DNA from: Bacteroidota bacterium
GTDB lineage: Bacteria > Bacteroidota > Ignavibacteria > Kapaibacteriales > UBA2268
Direction: 5' to 3'
DNA: 64,000 bases
NCBI GenBank assembly: GCA_029974985.1
Contig: JARKQC010000203.1
Span: 458 to 64,457 of the forward strand
Shown: one piece after another, positions 28,669-38,353 of the stretch
Numbering within the stretch: position 1 is the stretch's first letter
Layout of the letters: the number at the start of each line of letters is the position of its first letter
Notes under the pieces: model-generated
Seen by the model: the letters and a program-made list of their open reading frames with translations, nothing else
The model's database searches: none
Told to the model about the DNA's origin: nothing
Made by a program: the position numbers and the translations under genes

Positions 28669-29985
28669 TTGAAAAAGGTATTATTTTTGAAAAAGAAATG
28701 TTTATCAATATATTTTAGGTTTATTAAATTGGATAAGATTAATAGAATTTTTAAATTTCAATATTTTAATATAATATTTTTGTTCATTTTTGTTTTGTTA
28801 TTTAATTCCTGTGATAAAAATAGTGAAAATAAACCTAATGAAAATACTATAAAATTTTGGCATTTTTGGAGCGAACCGAATCAAAGGATTGCTATAAAAT
28901 CTCTAATCGAAGAATTTGAAAAAAACAATAATTGTAAAGTTGAACTAACCGAATTAAGCTGGAACGACGGTAAAACAAAACTTTTTGCCGCCTTTAATGC
29001 TGGTAACGCCCCCGACGTTTTGGAATTAGGTTCTGATTGGGTTGCTCAATTTAGCTCAAGCGGAGTATTACACGAATTAGATAAAGAGACTGCAAATTTA
29101 GATAAATATATTGATTTTTCTTTATCGCCCGTATTTTGGCAAAATAAAATATATTGTTTACCTTGGGTTGTTGATACGAGAGTGCTATTTTATAATAAGA
29201 AATTTATAAATGAGCATATTTTAAGTAAAATTGAAAATGAAAGTTTTGATTTTGATGATCTTTACGTTGCCGCTTCTTCAGCTAATAAAGATGGAATATA
29301 CGGTTGGGGGGCAAACGGCTCAGATATCCATAGATTATATAAGAAAATAATACCTTTTTTCTGGACTTTTGGCGGTGATATATTAGATTCAAATTCTAAT
29401 CCCGTAGTTAATTCAGCTCAAAATGTGCGTGCCTTAGAAAAATATGCAGAATTAAGTAGAGTTGGTATTATCGAAACACAAAGACAGCTCGATGCTACTT
29501 TTGTTGAAGGACGTATTGCATTTTGCTTATCTGGAGGCTGGCTTTTAGAAAAAATTAAAAATGAAAATCCACTACTCGATTTTGGTGTTTGTCAAATGCC
29601 TAAATATATGGAAAATAAAGGAATATCATTTGCTGGTGGTGAATATTTAGCCATAAATTCAAAATCTAATAATTTAGAATTAGCTAAAAATTTTATAAAA
29701 TTTATGACAAATGGCGAGAATTCTTTAAAATTTTGTAAAGAAGTTATCGAAGCGGGTTTCCCTGCAGATAAAAATTATTATCAAGACGATTATTACAAAT
29801 CTCAAGCAAATAGAATGGTTTTTGCACGCCAATTAGAAAATTCAAAAATGACACCCGTTCATAAAAAATGGCTCGATATTGAAAATATTATAGAAGAGGC
29901 TACAGTTTCTGTTTTATATGGCAAATCAACTGCTCAAGAATCGCTTAACAATGCTCAATATTTAATAAAACAATTAGAAAAATAA
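28669..29985 (+). CDS. Extracellular solute-binding lipoprotein (ABC family-1, sugar-type)
   Basis: Lipobox-like LLFNSC. The sequence FWHFWSEP...ELSWNDGKTKLFAAFNAGNAPDVLELGSDWVAQF is typical of family-1 SBPs. The TTG start is uncertain. No permease or ATPase genes are adjacent. Confidence 0.7.
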   Translation: MKKVLFLKKKCLSIYFRFIKLDKINRIFKFQYFNIIFLFIFVLLFNSCDKNSENKPNENTIKFWHFWSEPNQRIAIKSLIEEFEKNNNCKVELTELSWNDGKTKLFAAFNAGNAPDVLELGSDWVAQFSSSGVLHELDKETANLDKYIDFSLSPVFWQNKIYCLPWVVDTRVLFYNKKFINEHILSKIENESFDFDDLYVAASSANKDGIYGWGANGSDIHRLYKKIIPFFWTFGGDILDSNSNPVVNSAQNVRALEKYAELSRVGIIETQRQLDATFVEGRIAFCLSGGWLLEKIKNENPLLDFGVCQMPKYMENKGISFAGGEYLAINSKSNNLELAKNFIKFMTNGENSLKFCKEVIEAGFPADKNYYQDDYYKSQANRMVFARQLENSKMTPVHKKWLDIENIIEEATVSVLYGKSTAQESLNNAQYLIKQLEK

Positions 29986-30094
29986 TTTTTTCAAACCAAA
30001 ATTATTCATAAGAATACGATAAACAATACGTGCTATTTGTATATAATTTAGTATTAATTTTTGGATAGACATTTTTGTCAATCTATTCATTATT

Positions 30095-30147
30095 GTCATT
30101 CTGAGCGAAATAAATAATTTTTATTTTTTATTAATAGATTCTTCGCT
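30095..30147. repeat. REP-like motif in a long AT-rich spacer
   Basis: gtcattctgagcgaa ... gattcttcgct. The arms agcgaa/ttcgct flank an AT-only loop. It resembles the gtcattctgagcgaagcgaagaatc type of intergenic repeat that I recall from FCB genomes. Confidence 0.3.
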
Positions 30148-30447
30148 AAAATTATATTGACAAGCAATTTATAGGGTACATTTAAAAAATTATATTCTCT
30201 AATACAATATTTGATATTAATATTTGATGAAATTTATAAATATAAATTATTTATTTATAATCCTTATTTAATAGTTAATTAAGAAAAAAATATTTTGAAA
30301 ATAATTCGCTATATTTCATTAAAAAATTTGTATATTAAATTAATATGTAATAAATTCGTATTGTAATTTATACGTATTTTTTTATTGATATTTATTCAAA
30401 TATTATGTTCTAAATATTCAATATAATATATATTTTGTAATCAATAT

Positions 30448-33400
30448 GTGTTGATTTTGGGGGTGAATATATTGAGATTATTTTTACTATTTATTTTATT
30501 AATCACAATATTTTCAAATGAATTATCCGCTCAATTAGAATATTCTAATTGGTATTTCGGTAATTTTGCTGGTGTTACCTTTAATACCTCAAATTCTAAT
30601 CCTGTTTATTTAGCAGGTAATAAATTATCACAATTCGAGGGCATTGCAACAATTTCAGATAAATCTGGCAATTTACTATTTTATACCAATGGTGAGTTTG
30701 TTGTCAATAAATTTGGAAATTATTTAAATATTGGTAACCCAATGTTTGGCCATCAATCATCAACACAATCAGCAATCATTGTGCCTAAACCAGATTCTGA
30801 AAATCTATATTATATTTTTACCGCCGATGCCGGTGAATATACGGGTTCACAAAATAGAGGGATAAATTATTCAATTTTGGATATTCGTGGAAATTCAGGG
30901 CAAGGTGAAATACTTGAAATAAATACACCACTTGTAAAACCAGCATCAGAGCAGTTGTCTGCTGTCTATCACGCTAATGGAAAGGATATTTGGATAATAG
31001 CAAGAGGTTGGAAAAATAATAATTTTTATGCATATTTATTGACTAAACAAGGAATTAGTGATACTGTAATTACTTCGATTGGATTTACTCGAAGTACTGA
31101 TTTTCATACTATTGGCTGTTTAAAATTCTCACCTAATGGAAATATTGCGGCAACAGCAATTTATGACGAGGAATTTATCGAATTGTATAAATTTGATACA
31201 AAGAGTGGAGAATTTTCTAATAGATTACAAATTGATATACCCGAGCATCACACCTTATATGGAGTTGAATTTTCATCTAATGGAAAAGTTTTATATGTTT
31301 CTAGTAGCAAAAGTGCATTGGGAGTATATACGCTTTTTCAGTTTAATTTAGCTGAATATAATGCTACGAAAATTGCACAATCTAAATTTAATGTAATTTC
31401 GAGTATTGGACATATTGGCACGCTGCAAAGAGCTATAAATAATAAAATTTATGTGGCTATTATGGGGGAAAAATATTTACATTCAATAGAATATCCAAAT
31501 ATTATTAATGCGGGTTGTAAATATATTGAGAAATCTGTAAAATTAGAAGATAGCACATCGCAACTTGGTTTACCACAAGTTTTTAAGCAAGCAAATAATT
31601 TTAGAGCTTTTTCAATTTGTGAAGGCTCTACAATCGAATTTGATACTGATAATTTTTTAGAAGATACTATTAAATATCAATATTCATATAAATGGACTGG
31701 ACCAAATTCTTGGGAATCAAATTTACCAAAGCCAATTCTTAGTAATGTTCAAATTTCTGATACTGGACTTTATAAATTAAATGTAACATTTATAGTTAAT
31801 AACAATCCAATTTCTTTAACATATACAATTAATCTTAAAATTGGCAAGCATCTTAATTTTAAAATTAAAGGACAAAATACAATTTGCATGGGGGCAAAAG
31901 CAAATTTAAGCTCGGATACTGTAAATCCATTTTTTTCGTATAAATGGAATACTGGTCAGACTAATCATATAATAAGTGCTACAAAGCCCGGACGATATGT
32001 ATTGTATATTACATCACCTTTCGGTTGTGTTGATAGTGCTGAATTTGATTTAACGGTTGTTGAAGCGCCGAAATCTAATATTATTGGAGATAGACTTATT
32101 TGTAAAAATGAAACATTAGTTTTATCATCAGAATATCAAGATGATGAATTGACATATTTATGGTCCACCGGTGAGACAAGTCCTACAATTAGTGTTGATA
32201 AACCGGGTGAATATAAACTTATTGTAACAAATAAAAATTCTTGCAAAGATACATCTTCAATTAGAATTATTAAAAATTCAAATATAAAGATTAAAATTCT
32301 TGGTGATTCTGTATTGTGTATTCCAGATAATTTGAGGCTCGAAGCTGAAATCACACCTTACGATTCTACTTTAAATTATGAATATTTGTGGTCTAATGGA
32401 GCCTCTACAAAATATATTGATATAAATAAAGCAAATCTATATAAATTAACTGTTATAATTGATAATCATTGTACTTATGTTGATTCAATTAATGTTGTGC
32501 ATTCTAATAAGCCAACTATTCATACTAATACTAATAATAAAAATGAATTATGCGAAGGTGAAATTCTTGTTGCTGATATTTTTGATAAACAGAAAGATGT
32601 CAAATATTATTGGGACGATGGAATAAATACATTTCCTAGAAAATTAAGACAAGAAGGCGATTACACAATAATTGCTGAAAATAAAGATGGTTGCATAAGC
32701 ACATATTCAATAAATCTTAAATATTTACCGCGCCCAAAAGCAGAAATAAAAATTGATGAAAATTCAAATTTGTGCAATAGTGATTCTTTAATTATTAGAG
32801 CATATCCGCAAGGTGAAAATTACTCATATAACTGGTTTAAAGATGGATATAACGATTCTGTTGTAGTTCGAAAGTCAGGGAAATATATAGTTGTTGTAAC
32901 AAATGAATTTGGCTGTAGCGATACTGCACAAATTGATATTGAATTAGGAAAAGGTTTACCTGTTAAAATTGTAGGTAATACACTTGCTTGCCAAGGAGAT
33001 GTAGTTTCGCTTAGTGCAGAAGTAAATTATAATGGAAATAATTCTGATTTAAAATACATTTGGTCGAATGGAGATACCCAAAAAACTATTAATGTTGAAA
33101 AAGAAGGCAAATATTCTGTTATTGTTAGTCATATTTTAGGCTGTCAAGGTAGCGATTCTTGCGAAATAAAATTTCTCGAAATTCCAAGTGTTGAACTTAA
33201 TATTGATACTAATATCACAATTTGTGATGGTGATTCTATAATTGTATTTCCTAAAAATAAAAACCCTAAATGGACTTATTTCTGGTATGATGGCACAAAT
33301 GATGACGAGAAAATAATAAAAAAAGAAGGCAAATATAGAATAATTGTTTTTAATACAGCTCAATGCTCAGACACGCTCGAATTTACAATAAACATTGTCG

Positions 33401-34836
33401 AAAAACCAGACGTTAAGATTATTGCCGAGCCGAATAATAAATTATGTATTGGGCAAAAAATTATTTTAAAACCATCTGAAATTAGAAACGATTACATTTA
33501 TGAGTGGTCATTCGAAAATTCAAATAAGCAAATAATCGAAGTTGATAAAGCGGCTTGGTATTATCTTAAAACAACTAATTCTAATTCTTGCTATTTTATT
33601 GATAGTATTCAAATTACACCCGCTAAAGAAGCTAATATTAGTATTATTGAATCAAAACCATTTTTATGTGCTGATGACTCACTTTTTTTGACTGCCGAAG
33701 GCGATTTTTCATCATTAATTTGGTCAAATGGTGAGAAAAAATCGCAAATTGTAGTTAAAAAAGCTGGAATATATTCTGCTACTGCTTTTTCGGAGGATAA
33801 CTGCGAAATTAAAAAATTTATTGAAGTAAAAAGATTTTCTGATACAAATAAATTAGAAGTAAGCGATTATAAATTTAGTATTATTTGTCCCGGTCAATCA
33901 GAACAAAAGGAAATAATTTTAAAAAATAATTCTGAAAATGAACTATTGATTCTAAATATTCAAAATGATAATAAAACTAATTTTGAGATTTTACAAAATA
34001 TTATTGGAACATATATTCCAGCTAAAAGTTCGATTTATTTGCCAATTTTATATAAAACAAATCAAATTGGTGATTTTAGCTCGACAATAAAAATCATATA
34101 TCAAAATTATTGCATTGATTCGATTAGTTTCGAAGTCTTTGGAAAAAGTAACTTTGGAAGTATTATCAAAATACCAAATTTAAACTCGATTTCTGGAGAA
34201 AAATTAACTATTCCTATTAATTTTGAATTTGAATGTATTGACGAAATTGATTTTGTGTCATCAGCAAAAATGAGTATATCGCTTGACGCTAATTATTTCT
34301 TACCAGAAAGCATTACAAATGGAAAAATAATTAGAAATGAAATCAAAAATTCAATAAGATATTTAGAATTCGTACTTTACGAAAATCATTTTAATCGCAA
34401 ACAAGGCAAGTTATGTTCAATATTTGGAACTTCTTTACTTGGAAAAGACACTGCGGCAATAATTTCGATTGATAATTTTGAGTGGTCAAATCCATTAAGA
34501 ACAACTTTTATAAATGGTAGTTTAAGTAATGAATATTGTGCTATTGATATAAGTCAAATTAAATATTTCGTAACTACAAAAATGCAAGTTTCTCCAATTC
34601 CAACAAATGATTTTATAAATATTACCGTAAATTCACAAGAAAAAGGTATATTTGTAATTGACTTGATAGATTATTCAGGGATAATTATTGATTCTTATTC
34701 TTGGACAAGACTTGAATCGGATTTGATAAAAAAAGAAATAAAGATTGAAACGAATAATCTATCATCGGGAGTGTATTCTATTAGATTAAAATCGCCTTGG
34801 AATATACTCAATTCTAAAATAATTATAGTAAAATAA
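30448..34836 (+). CDS. T9SS cargo protein, trio member 1 (up to 1462 aa): N-terminal propeller-like domain, about 10 Cys-bracketed repeats, shared C-terminal module, CTD
   Basis: The start is uncertain (GTG 30448, GTG 30463 or TTG 30472, the last after a GGGGG RBS). Signal peptide ...IFSNELSAQ. Conserved blocks NWYFG, FEGIATISDKSGNLLFYTNG and YGVEFSSNGKVLYVS. The C-terminus PIPTNDFINITV...LSSGVYSIRLKSPW is a T9SS type-A CTD. Confidence 0.85.
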   Translation: MLILGVNILRLFLLFILLITIFSNELSAQLEYSNWYFGNFAGVTFNTSNSNPVYLAGNKLSQFEGIATISDKSGNLLFYTNGEFVVNKFGNYLNIGNPMFGHQSSTQSAIIVPKPDSENLYYIFTADAGEYTGSQNRGINYSILDIRGNSGQGEILEINTPLVKPASEQLSAVYHANGKDIWIIARGWKNNNFYAYLLTKQGISDTVITSIGFTRSTDFHTIGCLKFSPNGNIAATAIYDEEFIELYKFDTKSGEFSNRLQIDIPEHHTLYGVEFSSNGKVLYVSSSKSALGVYTLFQFNLAEYNATKIAQSKFNVISSIGHIGTLQRAINNKIYVAIMGEKYLHSIEYPNIINAGCKYIEKSVKLEDSTSQLGLPQVFKQANNFRAFSICEGSTIEFDTDNFLEDTIKYQYSYKWTGPNSWESNLPKPILSNVQISDTGLYKLNVTFIVNNNPISLTYTINLKIGKHLNFKIKGQNTICMGAKANLSSDTVNPFFSYKWNTGQTNHIISATKPGRYVLYITSPFGCVDSAEFDLTVVEAPKSNIIGDRLICKNETLVLSSEYQDDELTYLWSTGETSPTISVDKPGEYKLIVTNKNSCKDTSSIRIIKNSNIKIKILGDSVLCIPDNLRLEAEITPYDSTLNYEYLWSNGASTKYIDINKANLYKLTVIIDNHCTYVDSINVVHSNKPTIHTNTNNKNELCEGEILVADIFDKQKDVKYYWDDGINTFPRKLRQEGDYTIIAENKDGCISTYSINLKYLPRPKAEIKIDENSNLCNSDSLIIRAYPQGENYSYNWFKDGYNDSVVVRKSGKYIVVVTNEFGCSDTAQIDIELGKGLPVKIVGNTLACQGDVVSLSAEVNYNGNNSDLKYIWSNGDTQKTINVEKEGKYSVIVSHILGCQGSDSCEIKFLEIPSVELNIDTNITICDGDSIIVFPKNKNPKWTYFWYDGTNDDEKIIKKEGKYRIIVFNTAQCSDTLEFTINIVEKPDVKIIAEPNNKLCIGQKIILKPSEIRNDYIYEWSFENSNKQIIEVDKAAWYYLKTTNSNSCYFIDSIQITPAKEANISIIESKPFLCADDSLFLTAEGDFSSLIWSNGEKKSQIVVKKAGIYSATAFSEDNCEIKKFIEVKRFSDTNKLEVSDYKFSIICPGQSEQKEIILKNNSENELLILNIQNDNKTNFEILQNIIGTYIPAKSSIYLPILYKTNQIGDFSSTIKIIYQNYCIDSISFEVFGKSNFGSIIKIPNLNSISGEKLTIPINFEFECIDEIDFVSSAKMSISLDANYFLPESITNGKIIRNEIKNSIRYLEFVLYENHFNRKQGKLCSIFGTSLLGKDTAAIISIDNFEWSNPLRTTFINGSLSNEYCAIDISQIKYFVTTKMQVSPIPTNDFINITVNSQEKGIFVIDLIDYSGIIIDSYSWTRLESDLIKKEIKIETNNLSSGVYSIRLKSPWNILNSKIIIVK
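31609..33840 (+). repeat. About 10 tandem protein-level repeats (72-76 aa each) in trio member 1
   Basis: Recurring pattern: C.(G/N/D)..L.L.........Y.W(S/N).G.(T/S)...I.V.K.G.Y.(L/V).V.....C.D(S/T)..I.(I/V). Example: ICKNETLVLSSEYQDDELTYLWSTGETSPTISVDKPGEYKLIVTNKNSCKDTSSIRII. Confidence 0.75.
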
Positions 34837-34848
34837 AATAATTAAAAT

Positions 34849-37800
34849 ATGTATTATTGGATTAGTATAATTTTAACTTTTTTTATTCTTTATAGTAATC
34901 TTTTTTCTATAGAGAATAAGATTTGGGACAATTGGTATTTTGGCAGGAAAGCGGCACTGACTTTTAATACAAATAATAGATTGCCCAAAGCTCTCGATGA
35001 TAGCCAAATTAATACATTAGAAGGTTGTGCTTCGATTTCTGATGCAAATGGAAAACTACTTTTTTATACAAATGGTGTCTTTGTATATGATAAAAATGGA
35101 GATATAATGCCTAATGGTACTGGATTAAATGGGCATTATACAAGTACACAATCCGCATTAATAGTAAAACGACCTAAATCTAATAACTTATATCATATTT
35201 TTACTACTGATAAAGGACCTTATGAAGGAGAGTCAGACCATAATTTTTGTGTATCTATTGTTGATATGAATTTGAATAATGGTCTTGGCGATGTGCTTTT
35301 CAAAAATTTTGAAATTTATAAACCCGTTGTAGAAAAATTGACTGCTGTTCAGCATGCCAATGGAGAAGATTTTTGGATTATAGCTCGTGGAATGAATGAT
35401 AATAAATTTATCATATCCTTACTTACTGAAGGTGGTGTCGTTAGCACAAAAACAATTTCTATGGGACCAACATATTTTCCATATCCCGCGACCCCACAAT
35501 TAGCATTAGGACAGTTAAAAGCTAATCCAAAAGGTGATATGCTTGCAACAGTTGTTTATGGCGCTAATAATATTGAGTTATATAAATTTGATAATGAGAC
35601 TGGCTCTGTTACATCATATATACCAATTCCTATAAATGAAGATGTTACAGCACTTTATGGAGTTGAGTTTTCGTCAAATAATAAATTTTTGTATGTAAAT
35701 AATCTTTACGGTAGAATTTATCAATATGATGTATCGAAATTCGATGCAGAAAAAATTAAAAATAGTATGCGTTTAGTTTATGATAGCCTTAATTATGATT
35801 TTCAAAAATTTGGACAATTGCAATTAGCATCGAATGGTAAAATTTATATGGCATTGTCTTATGATACTTGCTTAGCTGTGATAAATAAACCAAATGTACC
35901 CGCACCGTATTGCTCATATATTCCTATGGGAATTGGGCTTAATAGACGTTTGTCTATGTTTGGATTGCCGAATAATGTAGTTACGGGTATTTATTATAGT
36001 CTTGATATTTATGGGCGTAGTATTTGTGCAAATGAAAATGACTCTCTTGAGCTGTTTTCGATTGTATATCCAGAAGACAATAATTATGTTTACGAATGGA
36101 CTGGCCCAAATGGTTTTACCTCTAATTTAGCAAATCCAAAAATTTTAATGGCTGATTATAAAGCATCGGGTAAATACTTTTGCAAAGTTAGTTTAAACGG
36201 AAGTTTATTTAAAATTGACTCTACTGAAGTATTTGTTTATGATAATCCCAAAGCCGAAATCATTGGTCCAAGAAGTATATGCCCGCCTGAAACAATAAAA
36301 TTAAGCTCTAAATATCAATCACCTGAATATATTTATAAATGGTCAACGAGTGAGACAAGTAGCGAAATTACAATTACAAGTCCAGGCAACTATTATTTAA
36401 TAATTAAAAACCCTGCTAATTGCTATGATTCGACATTTTTCAAAGTCGTTAATGATGATAATTTGTATATAGCTTTCGAAGGTGAAAATAAATTTTGCAA
36501 AGGGTCATCACTTGAAATCTCACTATCTAAAGAAATTTACGAACCATTAAGCGATTATCAAATTAAATGGTCAACGGGAGATACAACTCTTTCCACTATT
36601 GTTAATAAAGAAGGATTTTACTCGGTTACTGTATTAAAAAAAGGTGGTTGTAGCGGTACAGATTCAATTTTTGTTGAAGAACTTGATAACCCAACTGTTA
36701 AATTAAACGCAGAAGGAACTATTCATTTATGTATTGGCGATACTATTAGTTTAGAAATACTTGATAAAAATCCAAATTGGAATTATTATTGGGCTGACAC
36801 AAAAACGCAAGATAATATTAGACATATTAGTGAAAGTGGAATTTACAAAATTATTGTTGATAATGGCGGCGTTTGTAAAGATTCTGCAAGCGTTGAGATT
36901 ATTTTTGATGAAAAACCCAATATTGATTTGCTTTTTGATAAAGGTTTAAGCCTTTGTTATGGTGATTCATTAATTGTTAAGCCCAAAAATATAAATAATG
37001 ATAACTTATATAAATGGAATGATAATTCTACTAATCCCGAAAAGATAATCAAACAATCGGGAGTTTATACGCTTTATGTTACAAATTCCTCTCTATGCTC
37101 GGATAGTGCTACTTTTGAAGTGTTTATAGCAGACAAGATTAATTCACAAATCAATGCTGATAAATTATTTATTTGCCTAAATGATTCTGTAACCTTATCA
37201 TCAAACGCGAGATATAACACTTATAAATGGTCAAATGGTGATACAAATGATTTTACGCGTGTGTACTTACCCGGAAAATATAGTGTAATAGTTAGTAATG
37301 ATTTAGGTTGTTTAGATACAAGTGAAATAGAGATAAAAGGCGTGGATTTTCAATCTACAATGAATAAAAATAGAATTTTTATTGATTCGATTTGTCAAGG
37401 TATAGAAATAAATGAACATATTGAAATTAATTATAAATCAAATGATAAAGTTGAGTTAAGCGATTATGTATATAATGGCGATGATTTTAATTTCTCGTTA
37501 GAAGATGAATTAAAACAATTAAATTCCGAAAATTATAGACATTCAATTCATTTTAAACTTGGAAAAAATAAACCCGGTATTTATCAAGGCGAAATAATAA
37601 TAACAATAGAAAAGCCCTGTTTTAATCAGTTTTCTATACCAATTTATGTAAAAGTATATTCTGAATATTTAATTGAAGCAAATGATATTACAGCAGAGCC
37701 GGGCGATTCTGTTTGTATTATAATAAATATTACATCACAGTGCGGAGATGATTTGAATCAAATCTATTCACCCGAATTTGATTTATTGCTAAAATCAGAA

Positions 37801-38346
37801 TATTTTTATCCATTATATTCAAAAGGCGCTCAAATTTTGAGTAATATTTCTGATGGAACTGATAGAACATTACATATAAAAGTTGATGAACAGACTTTTC
37901 CAATTTCGACAAAAAGAACTATTGAAATTTGTGGTTTGATATTAGCAGGGCAAAAACCCGTTTCTCTAATTGAATTTCAATCTCCCAATTGGAATAATGA
38001 GCAAATTCATTCTAAGTTCAAAAACGGCACGATAGCAGTCGAAGCCTGCTCGCAAGAAATACGAAGAATAAGTATTTTTAAACCAATAAATGTTACAATT
38101 AGTCCCAATCCAGCTGATGTTTATTTTGACATAAATATTTTATCGCAAGAGCGTGGCAAACATTTTATCGAAATTTATTCAATTGATGGACGCTTATTAG
38201 AAAAAATTGAATTAAATAATTTTGAAAATATTAATAGTCAGAGTTTAAGAATTGATACGCATAATTATAATCAAGGTATGTATCAAATTGTTCTAAAATC
38301 TCCTTGGACTGTACTAACAAATAATATTTTTATTATAAAAAATTGA
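34849..38346 (+). CDS. T9SS cargo protein, trio member 2 (1165 aa), about 6 repeats
   Basis: The ATG lies 12 nt after member 1. It has the same N-terminal blocks (NWYFGRKAALTFNT, LEGCASISDANGKLLFYTNG, YGVEFSSNNKFLYVN) and a CTD (ISPNPADVYFDINIL...YNQGMYQIVLKSPW). Confidence 0.88.
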   Translation: MYYWISIILTFFILYSNLFSIENKIWDNWYFGRKAALTFNTNNRLPKALDDSQINTLEGCASISDANGKLLFYTNGVFVYDKNGDIMPNGTGLNGHYTSTQSALIVKRPKSNNLYHIFTTDKGPYEGESDHNFCVSIVDMNLNNGLGDVLFKNFEIYKPVVEKLTAVQHANGEDFWIIARGMNDNKFIISLLTEGGVVSTKTISMGPTYFPYPATPQLALGQLKANPKGDMLATVVYGANNIELYKFDNETGSVTSYIPIPINEDVTALYGVEFSSNNKFLYVNNLYGRIYQYDVSKFDAEKIKNSMRLVYDSLNYDFQKFGQLQLASNGKIYMALSYDTCLAVINKPNVPAPYCSYIPMGIGLNRRLSMFGLPNNVVTGIYYSLDIYGRSICANENDSLELFSIVYPEDNNYVYEWTGPNGFTSNLANPKILMADYKASGKYFCKVSLNGSLFKIDSTEVFVYDNPKAEIIGPRSICPPETIKLSSKYQSPEYIYKWSTSETSSEITITSPGNYYLIIKNPANCYDSTFFKVVNDDNLYIAFEGENKFCKGSSLEISLSKEIYEPLSDYQIKWSTGDTTLSTIVNKEGFYSVTVLKKGGCSGTDSIFVEELDNPTVKLNAEGTIHLCIGDTISLEILDKNPNWNYYWADTKTQDNIRHISESGIYKIIVDNGGVCKDSASVEIIFDEKPNIDLLFDKGLSLCYGDSLIVKPKNINNDNLYKWNDNSTNPEKIIKQSGVYTLYVTNSSLCSDSATFEVFIADKINSQINADKLFICLNDSVTLSSNARYNTYKWSNGDTNDFTRVYLPGKYSVIVSNDLGCLDTSEIEIKGVDFQSTMNKNRIFIDSICQGIEINEHIEINYKSNDKVELSDYVYNGDDFNFSLEDELKQLNSENYRHSIHFKLGKNKPGIYQGEIIITIEKPCFNQFSIPIYVKVYSEYLIEANDITAEPGDSVCIIINITSQCGDDLNQIYSPEFDLLLKSEYFYPLYSKGAQILSNISDGTDRTLHIKVDEQTFPISTKRTIEICGLILAGQKPVSLIEFQSPNWNNEQIHSKFKNGTIAVEACSQEIRRISIFKPINVTISPNPADVYFDINILSQERGKHFIEIYSIDGRLLEKIELNNFENINSQSLRIDTHNYNQGMYQIVLKSPWTVLTNNIFIIKN
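36016..37347 (+). repeat. About 6 tandem repeats of the same module in trio member 2
   Basis: Example: ICPPETIKLSSKYQSPEYIYKWSTSETSSEITITSPGNYYLIIKNPANCYDSTFFKVV. Confidence 0.75.
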
Positions 38347-38353
38347 TAGCTTT

